Assembly (NCBI GenBank): GCA_040222015.1
Contig: JAVJWO010000047.1
Coordinates: forward strand, 130,603 to 194,602
Reading direction: 5' to 3'
Origin: Coleofasciculus chthonoplastes F2-STO-03
GTDB lineage: Bacteria; Cyanobacteriota; Cyanobacteriia; Cyanobacteriales; Coleofasciculaceae
DNA length: 64,000 bases
The position numbers and the translations under genes are program-made. Positions 29,033 to 38,368 of this stretch are shown piece by piece. Each line of letters opens with the position of its first letter. Positions within the stretch are counted from its first letter, which is position 1. The notes beneath the pieces are model-generated. The model saw nothing but the letters and a program-made list of their open reading frames with translations. It was not told the DNA's origin and ran no database searches.

Positions 29033-30124
29033 TCACTTAGAATTTCCCAATGGCGGTTGACTTGGACGCCGCCGCTTTTTTTCGCGCCGTTGTTTCCAGT
29101 GCCGAATGGCAATCGCCTCTTTTGCGGCGGGAGTGCGATAACCCTTGCGGCTACTTTCATCTTGATTGGCTGATTTGTCAGTCATCGGGTGGGGTTGTTT
29201 GACTAAATACTGCGCCAGATCATCGTAGGGTGATTTAAAATTCAGGTCTTGCAGAATGTGCCGAACTGAATGATAACGATTCGTCAGCGATACATTCGTC
29301 ATTTTCCGCAGCACTTGCGTAAATGGCTGACTGATATGAACTAAGCGTTCCCAGTATAAGGCACCGGTTTGGCGATCGCTCTCCAAATCCATAGGCGCTT
29401 TTCCGGTTAGCAGGTAAAGACAGGTCATCCCTAGGGCGTAAATATCACTGGCAAATACCGGTCGCAGGGAAAACTGTTCGGGTGGGGCAAATCCAACGGT
29501 ACCGATAAAATGAGTCGAGGCAAGTTTCATGCTACTGTCCAAGGCTTGCACCAACTTCTCCTTAACCGCGCCGAAGTCAATCAACACCAGCCGACCATCG
29601 TCTTTACAGCGGATAATGTTTTGCGGCTTAATATCTCGGTGAATCACGTTATTGCGGTGAATGTAGTCGAGTAGGGGTAGCATTTCCGCCAAAAACTGTC
29701 TGGCGGCTACCTCCGATAAACATCCACTCCGCCTGACTAGCCGCGCTAAGGTTAAACCCCGGACATATTCCTGAACCAGAAAAAATTCTCCCCCAGTCTC
29801 AAAGTAATTCAGTAACATGGGGATCTGAGAGTGACTACCCAGTTGGCCGAGAATTTTTGCCTCTCGTTCAAAACGCTGGCGAGCATTCTCCAAGGCTTTC
29901 GGGTCATCAACTTTGGGGCAAAGTTGCTTAATTACGCACAGCGGTTGACCCGGTAACTCAGCATCTTTGGCGAGAAAGGTCACGCCAAACCCACCGCGCC
30001 CCAACATTCGCAAGATCTGATAGCGATCGCCAAAGAGTTCATTTTGACCGCAAAGCTGACCAAGTTGGGTTTGCTGTAAAATTTCCGAGTGGAAGGAAGA
30101 CAGGTTTCCCGGCGCAAAATTCAT
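29033..30124 (-). CDS. Ser/Thr protein kinase (Pkn2-type)
   Basis: LGRGGFG, CVIK, IHRDIKPQN, DFG, APPEQ, SDIYALG. Confidence 0.95.
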   Translation of the reverse strand: MNFAPGNLSSFHSEILQQTQLGQLCGQNELFGDRYQILRMLGRGGFGVTFLAKDAELPGQPLCVIKQLCPKVDDPKALENARQRFEREAKILGQLGSHSQIPMLLNYFETGGEFFLVQEYVRGLTLARLVRRSGCLSEVAARQFLAEMLPLLDYIHRNNVIHRDIKPQNIIRCKDDGRLVLIDFGAVKEKLVQALDSSMKLASTHFIGTVGFAPPEQFSLRPVFASDIYALGMTCLYLLTGKAPMDLESDRQTGALYWERLVHISQPFTQVLRKMTNVSLTNRYHSVRHILQDLNFKSPYDDLAQYLVKQPHPMTDKSANQDESSRKGYRTPAAKEAIAIRHWKQRREKKRRRPSQPPLGNSK

Positions 30125-30323
30125 TTTTCCAGAATCAGATGGTACAAGCTCTCCAGCCTGTTCTTAGTGTAGGCAAAGATCTTCTCTTTCTTCAAATTTA
30201 CACGATGCCCCGATAAGTGGCACAATAGATATTTCCTATTCATGAATAAATGTAGGCGACCTGAGCGATTAACTTCGACAAAAACAAACCGTTGATCGGT
30301 AATAATAGAGCAGACGTGCAACG

Positions 30324-31073
30324 ATGACTATGCATCCAAAACTACAAAAAGCTTTTGAACACCGCCAAGTCCTCAAGGTTATTAGTGGCTTGAATAACTT
30401 TGACTCCCAACGGGTGAGTGCTACCGTTAAGGCGGCGGATCGGGGTGGTGCGACGTTTGTCGATATCGCCGCTGATCCAGATTTGATTCGTCTTGCCAAA
30501 GGGTTGACAAATCTGCCGATTTGTGTATCTGCTGTGGAACCCCATCAATTTGTCAGTGCGGTGGAAGCCGGGGCAGATTTGATAGAAATTGGGAATTTCG
30601 ATAGCTTCTACGCTCAAGGACGGCGGTTTGAGTCAGAAGAGGTTTTAGCCTTGACCCAACAGACGCGATCGCTCTTGCCTGATATTACCCTATCCGTTAC
30701 CGTTCCGCATATCCTGACGTTAGATCGGCAAGTGGAATTGGCACAAGAACTGGTGCAAGCTGGGGCAAATATTATTCAAACCGAAGGCGGTACAAGCAGT
30801 CAACCTCGTTCGGCGGGAACCTTGGGCTTGATTGAAAAAGCTGCCCCCACGTTAGCCGCTGCATCGGAAATTTCTCGCGCCGTATCTGTACCGGTACTCT
30901 GTGCTTCGGGTTTATCCAGTGTTACCGTACCCATGGCAATTGCCGCAGGTGCGGCTGGCGTTGGCGTTGGTTCTGCGGTGAATCAGTTAGACAACGAAGT
31001 GGCAATGGTTGCAGCTGTCCGCCGTTTGGTGGAAGCCTTGGCAACGGTTAACCTGACACGAGTGGGCGTTTAA
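30324..31073 (+). CDS. ycf23: DUF561 / Ycf23 family protein
   Basis: LKVISGLNNFD, EIGNFDSFY, IQTEGG. Confidence 0.9.
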   Translation: MTMHPKLQKAFEHRQVLKVISGLNNFDSQRVSATVKAADRGGATFVDIAADPDLIRLAKGLTNLPICVSAVEPHQFVSAVEAGADLIEIGNFDSFYAQGRRFESEEVLALTQQTRSLLPDITLSVTVPHILTLDRQVELAQELVQAGANIIQTEGGTSSQPRSAGTLGLIEKAAPTLAAASEISRAVSVPVLCASGLSSVTVPMAIAAGAAGVGVGSAVNQLDNEVAMVAAVRRLVEALATVNLTRVGV

Positions 31074-31190
31074 GTCATTCGAGTTCCCTCCCCTTGACAA
31101 GGGGAGGGTTAGGGAGGGGTTAATTGTTACCCCCTTTATCCCTTAGAACTTTTTCGTTGAAACCTTCTGCCTTCTGCCCTCTGCCTTTTG

Positions 31191-31545
31191 CTACAAAATG
31201 GTTTGAATCGCGGCTACAATAATTTCCGGTTCATCAACCCAGACAAAATGACTACTCTGAGTCGCAGCTATTTGAGTACAATTGCTTGACAGCTTAAGAA
31301 GTTCAGCGTGCATCTGATCCCGCAACGTATCAGCCGCTTGAATTGGCATATAAAAATTCCAGATTGAACGCTTGAAGAAGGTATGCGCTTTGATACTTAC
31401 CAGAGGAATATTACCCAAACTTTTCACCTGACTCACTTGATAACTACTTCGGTCTAAATTCCACAATTCACGCCACATGGTTAACCAGTGACGATAATGA
31501 TAAAACGAACGCTTGACCTGTTGTCGCGTTTTTGGCGGAAATGGT
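31191..31545 (-). pseudogene. C-terminal remnant of alpha/beta hydrolase
   Basis: LGNIPLVSI...LLKLSSN...SSHFVWVDEPEIIVAAI (catalytic His region); no GxSxG half. Confidence 0.7.
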
Positions 31546-31643
31546 AACTGGTTGTAAACAATAGAATCAACCACTGGATAGGAATTTCCATAATTAATTG
31601 TTATCACGCCAACGACAGGATAATGAAACGGGATAAGCTCGAT

Positions 31644-31835
31644 GCGATCGCGATCGGCAAGCAAACCCTAGCCATTGTCCAGCAGAATACCGCCCTAGCC
31701 GTTACTCCCAATGTAGCGGCGTTGGGATTGGCGTCAACGGTAGGACTTCATCCCCTAGTTGCCACAGGGGTGCATAATGGAAGTGCGATCGTAGCTGGAT
31801 TAAATGCGCTACGACCTTTAATGCATCGGGATTAG
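31644..31835 (+). pseudogene. C-terminal remnant of heavy-metal P1B-type ATPase
   Basis: AIAIGKQTLAIVQQN...LHPLVATGVHNGSAIVAGLNALR last TM helices only; begins at a HIP1 site. Confidence 0.75.
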
Positions 31836-31968
31836 TCATCAAGAAGGGAACAGGGAACAGTGAGGGGACGGTGATAGACCGGGGGATGTCTTTGTTGCCC
31901 GATTAAACACAAATGTAGAGACGTTGCATGCAACGTCTCTACAGCCTGTAAGGTTGGCAAAATGGGCG

Positions 31969-32472
31969 TTAAAACTTATCGGTTTCAGAGGGAGAACTGC
32001 CTCCTCCTGGTTTGGTCAGGAATAAGTTATCCTCTACCTCATTCTGATAGATACATTCAATTTCTGGATTACCTTCCAATGGACCAGTGAAGCCAAAGGT
32101 ATTCATCCGATTTTTACACGATTTCACTTGATCCGAAGTAACCAGGTTCCGTTTCTCTAAAATTGCCCAGTTGTTCCGGCGCAAAACACATCCGGGGCGC
32201 ATACTCGGCTGGGTGACGTAAACGTTAAAGGGGTTGAGAGTAACGAAAACTCGCATATCTGTGACCATTGCACTGGCACCATACTGGATACACAATTCCG
32301 GATTGGGCGCACTGCGGTCAATGGCTTCACGGGATGCCACATTTTCTAGATTGGGACTAGCGGTGGAACTAAAGGCGATACCGACGCCAATTCCCAGGAT
32401 AAAAATTCCGCCGAGGATGGCGAGGGTGGTGGCGTTCAGGATAGAAGCTACGGGGTTAGTTCGACGTTTCAT
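31969..32472 (-). CDS. DUF3172 domain protein
   Basis: N-terminal TM; CIQYGASA, FVTLNPFNVYVTQP, PGCVLRRNNW, CKNRMNTFG. Confidence 0.85.
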   Translation of the reverse strand: MKRRTNPVASILNATTLAILGGIFILGIGVGIAFSSTASPNLENVASREAIDRSAPNPELCIQYGASAMVTDMRVFVTLNPFNVYVTQPSMRPGCVLRRNNWAILEKRNLVTSDQVKSCKNRMNTFGFTGPLEGNPEIECIYQNEVEDNLFLTKPGGGSSPSETDKF

Positions 32473-32627
32473 AGGGGTTGAATCAACTTTGCTGGAATTG
32501 CCAGGGAGGGATTAGAGGGATATTAAAATACCAAAAGGTCAGTTTTAAGACCCTATACAGGAACTAAGTATATTTTATCTTGAATAAACATCTCATTGCA
32601 TTGTCCTCTTGCTTCTAGTCTGCCTAC

Positions 32628-32690
32628 TTGACATCCTCCCCAACCTGCTAACGCGGTGTCAGGATGGGGATTCCAAAAATCGCTTCTTGG
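32628..32690. mobile_element. Isolated IS200/IS605-family-like end hairpin (TTGACATCCTCCCC...GGGGATTCC)
   Basis: TCCCCAACCTG/CAGGATGGGGA imperfect hairpin after TTGAC; no tnpA/tnpB nearby. Confidence 0.4.
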
Positions 32691-32877
32691 TCTGGAAATT
32701 GATATCTTCAACAAATATCATTCCAGCGCCTTGAACCAGGTGATGAGCTAACTTAAACGGACTCCCCCTGCTTCCCCTGCTTCCCCTGCTCTCCCTGCTT
32801 CCCCTCACCTCTCCACTTATTCAGCAGCCCCTACTTAGGGTTCCCAGGGTTAGCCCACCCTACATAAAATCGGCTGA

Positions 32878-33546
32878 CTATCCGACAATGGCAGTTGCCA
32901 AGAACATGACTCCCACCGAGCAAATTGCCAAGCCGAAAACCCGCAGGATAGCCAATGCATTCTCACTCCATCGCTTGAGGATAAGTTGACTTGCCATCAT
33001 CGCGCCGAAGGCAATAATCCCCTGAATGAGCGTAAATCCGAGCAGATATGCCGCTATCGGATTCATCTGGGCACCAATAATGGCTTCTCCATAAGCATAA
33101 CCATGGAACAATCCCGCGATCGCAGCCAGTCCAGTTAACACTTTATAATCGAGACGGTATTGCCCTATCAGCATCGCCCCAAACAGAACCACCGAACCCG
33201 CAATTGCCAGTTCAGTCATCGGCACGTCAATCGCTAACAGGTGAATCCCTGTACCTACCATTGCCGTTAACAAAAAGGCAACGGGAATAAAACCACCCCG
33301 AACACTATTCGCGGCTAATAAACCCACAGCCACAACAAACGCCAAATGGTCAAATCCGATAACCGGGTGCGCGAGTCCAGAGAGCAACCCTTCCCAGACA
33401 TTGGCAGGGGTTCTACCCCCAACCGGGTGGTGAGCGGCGGCACGTTCAGCCGCCCCTAAGACACCAATCCAAACCAACAGAGCAATCTGAACCCAGTCAA
33501 ATCCTGGTTTTTTTAGAGTAGAGCGCTTTAACGGATAGTGCCGCAT
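32878..33546 (-). CDS. hupE: HupE/UreJ family Ni/Co transporter
   Basis: AAAHH, GLAHPVIGFDH, FHGYAYG. Confidence 0.88.
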   Translation of the reverse strand: MRHYPLKRSTLKKPGFDWVQIALLVWIGVLGAAERAAAHHPVGGRTPANVWEGLLSGLAHPVIGFDHLAFVVAVGLLAANSVRGGFIPVAFLLTAMVGTGIHLLAIDVPMTELAIAGSVVLFGAMLIGQYRLDYKVLTGLAAIAGLFHGYAYGEAIIGAQMNPIAAYLLGFTLIQGIIAFGAMMASQLILKRWSENALAILRVFGLAICSVGVMFLATAIVG

Positions 33547-33724
33547 AGTAGACTGTTTAAACTTCAATCGTTCACACCTCATCAATGACATATTTGGGAA
33601 AGGCGGATTTATTATAGCGGTTCTCAGTGTCGGGGCGGATTTAGTTTTTTCATCTGGGGTTAAGGAAAGCTGGGGAAGCTGGGGGCGATGAGGGTGTCTC
33701 AAAATTCAAAACTCAACACTCACA

Positions 33725-33887
33725 ACTAAGTCAGGGCGGGTTTTGCACAAACGTTACCACCAATAGCCAAGCCGAAAATCCCTAAACCCGCCCCTACACA
33801 CTCAACACTAAGTCCGGGCGGATTTTGCACAAATGTTACCACTAATAACCAAGCCGAAAATTCCTAAACCCGTCCCTACACACTCAA
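33725..33887. repeat. 82-bp tandem duplication of REP-like hairpin element
   Basis: ACTAAGTC(A/C)GGGCGG...CCTAAACCCG(C/T)CCCTACACACTCAA twice. Confidence 0.9.
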
Positions 33888-33894
33888 AACGTCC

Positions 33895-35004
33895 TCATCC
33901 CTGACTCGCCATAACAAAATTAGAAAAACTGAGTTGATTCACCTGATGCCATTGGTAAATCTGTTCACGAAAGCTCTTCCACTGCTCGTAAACCTCTTTA
34001 AACGTACTATCTTGAGCAGCATTCTCCTCATATATTTCAAAGGATGCCTTCTGAGCCGCCTGCATAATCTCTTGAGAATAGGGCATTAGCTTCACCCCAG
34101 CGTCCAGCAGTTTTCCTAGGGCTTGTTGATTTAAGGCATCATACTGAGTCTGCATATTTAGATTGGCATCCATAGCTGCCGCTTTGAAGACTTCCTGATA
34201 CTCTTTAGGCAATTTATCCCACTCTCCCTTATTCACTTGCACTTCTAAAGTTGCTCCTGGCTCCCACCAACCGGGATAGTAGTAGAGTTGAGCCGCTTGA
34301 TGCAAGCCGAGTTTCTCGTCATCATAAGGACCCACCCATTCAGCCGCGTCAATTGCCCCCCGTTCCAATGCTAGGTAAATCTCGCCACCGGGTAAAACTT
34401 GGGCGTTGACCCCTAACCGGGACATCACGTCACCCCCTAACCCAGGAATCCGCATGGTCAAACCCTGGAGTTCCGCCACCGAGTTAACTTCTCGCTTAAA
34501 CCATCCGCCCATCTGAGTTCCCGTATTCCCAGCCGGAAAGTTAATCACGCCGAAGTCACTATAAAGCTTGTGCATCGCCTCTAAACCACCACCATGGTAT
34601 AACCAGGCATTCTGTTGTTGGGCGTCTAAACCAAAGGGAACAGTTGTGCCAAATGCCAAAGCTGGGTTTTTGCCGATGTAATAATAGCTAGCGGTGTGAC
34701 CACATTGTACAGTTCCAGTTTGTACCGCATCTAGCACCTGCAATCCGGGTACAATTTCACCAGCGGCAAAGGGCTTAATCGTGAAACGTCCATTGGTCAT
34801 TTCACTCACACCCTGGCAAAGGGTTTCTGCGCCGCCAAAAATAGTATCCAACGATTGGGGCCAACTCGTTGCCATGCGCCATCGAATTCTGGGTTGGCTA
34901 CCGCTTTGCGCCCCTGAATTAGTGGCGGTTGGGCGACACCCCGCTAAGGCGGCGGTGCCTGTTGCACTAATGACAGCATTCCCGACAAATTTTCTGCGTT
35001 TCAT
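33895..35004 (-). CDS. dctP: TRAP transporter substrate-binding protein (DctP/TakP type), Tat lipoprotein
   Basis: MKRRKF Tat motif, LAGC lipobox, WRMATSW, GNTGTQMGGWF, MRIPGLG, EWVGPYDD. Confidence 0.92.
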   Translation of the reverse strand: MKRRKFVGNAVISATGTAALAGCRPTATNSGAQSGSQPRIRWRMATSWPQSLDTIFGGAETLCQGVSEMTNGRFTIKPFAAGEIVPGLQVLDAVQTGTVQCGHTASYYYIGKNPALAFGTTVPFGLDAQQQNAWLYHGGGLEAMHKLYSDFGVINFPAGNTGTQMGGWFKREVNSVAELQGLTMRIPGLGGDVMSRLGVNAQVLPGGEIYLALERGAIDAAEWVGPYDDEKLGLHQAAQLYYYPGWWEPGATLEVQVNKGEWDKLPKEYQEVFKAAAMDANLNMQTQYDALNQQALGKLLDAGVKLMPYSQEIMQAAQKASFEIYEENAAQDSTFKEVYEQWKSFREQIYQWHQVNQLSFSNFVMASQG

Positions 35005-35182
35005 GAGTTTGCGTGGGCATCACATTGATTACGGGTTCCCAGAGCCTCTGCCTGAGATTTTTGTAATCTGGAATACTTTTTCTTGTTGGCAAGCCCTGAT
35101 TCTATCAGAGTGAGTATCCTTTTGGAGTATCACCTCTAACGTTGACAAGGTTGGGGTGCAAAATTCCTCACCAATTTTTGGG

Positions 35183-35494
35183 GCGATCGCGAATTATTCG
35201 TTTATTGCGACGGCGATGACGCCAATCATGTTGTATGAAGCTGATGATCGGTTAACCCAAATCCGCCCAAAATTCATCTCCTTGGTACCTATTGGACTCT
35301 TTCACGGTGCAGCCGTCCTCTTCCAAATGCAGGCGATTGATATGACACGGGTGGCTCATGTCATTTCCGTGAAGCGTATGAGCGCCTTACTCAGTGTAGT
35401 CATGGGTCATTTAATTTTTCAAGAAAAAGGTATAAAAGAACGAGCAATTGGTGCTGGAATCATGATTTTGGGGGTTGTGTTGATCACACTCTGA
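35183..35494 (+). pseudogene. C-terminal remnant of EamA/DMT transporter
   Basis: VAHVISVKRMSALLSVVMGHLIFQEK...GAGIMILGVVLI; only last TMs; begins at HIP1 35183. Confidence 0.7.
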
Positions 35495-36089
35495 CTACAA
35501 ATTAATAGAGGCATTGTCTGTAATTTTTTTGTCGCGGTAGAGTTCCAATCGGGTGATTTTTATGACGTTCAAATAAGATACCCCGTCCCTGGATATTGGG
35601 TCAACCACTGAAAATCAATAACTATTGGCTCAATACTTTAGGGGGATAGTCTATTGGCTATCAAATTGTCACAAACTCTAGTCACCAGAAAAAAAGCGAT
35701 GGTAGCCACAAATAAAAATATAGTTTACGATCAATGTATAGGTTTGTAAATAGACCCAAAAAAATTAGCCTTTCGGTAGATACCTGCCTGTCTATCCGGA
35801 TATAACAGAAGTAAAGGTTTAAAGAGGGTGTACTCAACGACAACCATCAAGAGTCTAAGCTAACAAACATTTCCATGTCTGCCTTGACATCCTGGCTGTT
35901 TGCAGTGTAAGGACGGGAACAGTTGATTCCACAATAACGGACAAAACCCATAACTATAGCAGATAAAATGTACAACTGCTTAGTGGGGCTAGTGAATCTA
36001 AACTTAGGGTCACCAATTGCCTGAAAAAATCTTGATGGGAGTAATTTAGGCAGCACAAAACGTTGTAGCAGTCTAGGGAATCACCAGTT

Positions 36090-38255
36090 GTGAAAATAGC
36101 ATTGCTGATTGGGGTAAGTGAGTACGGCTATGGTTTTCACCCCGTACCCGGAGCCGTTAACGCTGTTGAAGCGATGCAACGTGTTTTGCAGTATTCTTTT
36201 GATGAAGTAGAAACGCTGATCAATCCGAATCCTCCCGTGATGCGGGAAGCCATCGAAACGCTGTTGAGTAAGCGTGACGAGGAAGATGTCGTGTTGTTGT
36301 TTTTCTCAGGTCAATGTATCCAAGATCATAATGATACCGTATATTTAGGAACTGGCATCACCGCCACTCGCATGACTGATGACAATTCCCTCAAAGAATT
36401 AGTCAAGGCAACCGTTGTTCCAGCTCGTTTAATCCAGGATATACTTAGCAACAGTCCCTGTCCGCAGAATATTGTGATTATCGACGGTTACTGTAGCAAT
36501 ATTTTGGATTGGGAAATAACGGCAAACGACTATAATCAGGTTGGTTTAAAACAACAAATGACGGGTGAGAAGTGGGCGCTTCTGAGTTGTTTTAGTTCCA
36601 TTCCCTATTTCAACCAATCAGAAGCATCTCAACCCTCGGATTACACTCGTTACTTAATCGAAGGACTAGCAACGGGACTCGCCGATCGCAATCATGATGA
36701 TTGGATTTGTGTCAAGGAACTTCATGACTATGTTTCTCAGCAGCTTAAAATTGTTGCTCCTGCGTTAAAACCTAGATTATATGCTAGCGAACCTTACCAA
36801 GCGATCGCACTGAGTCAAGTTCCCCTAAATCGCCTCACCTTGAAGTATCACAAAGAAGCACAGCGCTGGATCAGAGGGGGTGAAATTGCTGTTGGCGGTC
36901 GTTCAGCTCTGGATAGATTAGCCCAAAGTCTACATCTCACTCCAGCCGATTGTGCGGCGATAGAAGCCCAAGTTTTAACCCCCTATCGCGAGTATCAGGA
37001 AAAATTACAGCGATATAAACAAGCGTTTCGGGAAGTTTTCCGAGCCGATAATTCACTCAACCCCAAGTCTCGTAAACTCTTAAAAGATTTGCAACAGTCT
37101 TTAGGATTGAGAGAGCAAGATATTAAAGACACTGAACAAATAATCCTATACCAAAAGCAATCCCGCCAAACTTCCCAATCGAATCCCAATAGTAATCGGG
37201 AAGTCGAGAGAACAGGAGGAACAGATATTAGAGATTCTCTAAGTCGGCTTTCTGTTTCACTGATTCGAGATCAACGAGATCAAGAAGAAACCACCGACGT
37301 ATCCACACCCATGGAGGTGTCACCCCAATCAGAGGATAGCGCCCCATCGACTCAATCAGTTGAGCCTACAGAACCCCCTGTTTCAGCCTCTGCACCTGTG
37401 CCGGTATCACCTCCAGCCGAGGAGAGTCTCCCACCGACTCAACCCGTTGATTCCCCAGCACCACCCGTCTCCGCCTCCACACCGCCAGAGGTATCACCCC
37501 AACAGGAGAGTGCGATCGCGCCCTCATCCACCATTGACTCTATTAATCCTGAACCAACGACAGAATCGACGTCAGCCAATGGCAATCAACCGGAAAGAGT
37601 CTCATTAAAACCCGATTCTATCCCCGAATGGTATATGCAAACGCCAGACGAACCGGAAACAGAACCGACTGCTGACGTTCAAGTATCATCAAATCTTAGC
37701 AATTTCTTAAATCCTGAACCCGCCGTTTCTAAATCCTCCAATAAACTCTTCCTTTGGGCAGGAATTGGTGGCGGTTTAGCTACATTAGCTCTACTGATTA
37801 GTTTATTTAATCGTGCCGCCGTCCAACCGTCAACCGATGCAACCGATACCGTTGTCTCATCATCAACACCCTCTCCCACAGCAACAAAATCACCCAACGG
37901 TGCTACTTCCAGTCCCGCCCCATCTCCCTCTCCTTCTCCTGAACCTAAACCATCGCCAGAACCTGCCACTTGTTCAGTAATTGTTACCGGAAATGTTCGT
38001 TCTAATCCAGCATCATTTCGCGATAATGTGATTACCTATTTAACTAGAGAACAAGTACCAATAACAGGCAAACAAACCAAAGGTGGCTGGATAGAAATAA
38101 AACTTCCTAATCAAGGTCTAGCTTGGGCGCATCGGGAGGTAATCTTAGACGAAGAGGATATAGATTCCTGCATGTTTGAACAAGGAATGACGATTGAACT
38201 GGTTCCCGATATTCCACCGCCGCCCGATTTCATTTATGACGATAACGAAGATTAA
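36090..38255 (+). CDS. Caspase-like (C14) domain protein, catalytically degenerate, with Pro/Ser-rich linker, TM and SH3-like C-terminus
   Basis: KIALLIGVSEY; FFSGQC and IIDGY replace FSGHG/LDCC; TM at LFLWAGIGGGL; NVRS...GWIEI...WAH. Confidence 0.8.
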   Translation: MKIALLIGVSEYGYGFHPVPGAVNAVEAMQRVLQYSFDEVETLINPNPPVMREAIETLLSKRDEEDVVLLFFSGQCIQDHNDTVYLGTGITATRMTDDNSLKELVKATVVPARLIQDILSNSPCPQNIVIIDGYCSNILDWEITANDYNQVGLKQQMTGEKWALLSCFSSIPYFNQSEASQPSDYTRYLIEGLATGLADRNHDDWICVKELHDYVSQQLKIVAPALKPRLYASEPYQAIALSQVPLNRLTLKYHKEAQRWIRGGEIAVGGRSALDRLAQSLHLTPADCAAIEAQVLTPYREYQEKLQRYKQAFREVFRADNSLNPKSRKLLKDLQQSLGLREQDIKDTEQIILYQKQSRQTSQSNPNSNREVERTGGTDIRDSLSRLSVSLIRDQRDQEETTDVSTPMEVSPQSEDSAPSTQSVEPTEPPVSASAPVPVSPPAEESLPPTQPVDSPAPPVSASTPPEVSPQQESAIAPSSTIDSINPEPTTESTSANGNQPERVSLKPDSIPEWYMQTPDEPETEPTADVQVSSNLSNFLNPEPAVSKSSNKLFLWAGIGGGLATLALLISLFNRAAVQPSTDATDTVVSSSTPSPTATKSPNGATSSPAPSPSPSPEPKPSPEPATCSVIVTGNVRSNPASFRDNVITYLTREQVPITGKQTKGGWIEIKLPNQGLAWAHREVILDEEDIDSCMFEQGMTIELVPDIPPPPDFIYDDNED

Positions 38256-38368
38256 CAACGGTAGAGACGTTCCGCCGGAACGTCTCCCTGACATCCTAGC
38301 CCTTGTTTTTAATTGGTTAAACTAAAATGAAATAATCCCATCTAAACCCTTAGCGCTAACCTGTGGAT

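Noticed and set aside
33547..33720. Cobalamin riboswitch expected upstream of hupE
   Set aside because: No B12-box-like motifs seen; the region is STRR plus a partial REP.
35847..36056. 69-aa ORF upstream of the pseudo-caspase
   Set aside because: No recognisable features; probably promoter-region noise.
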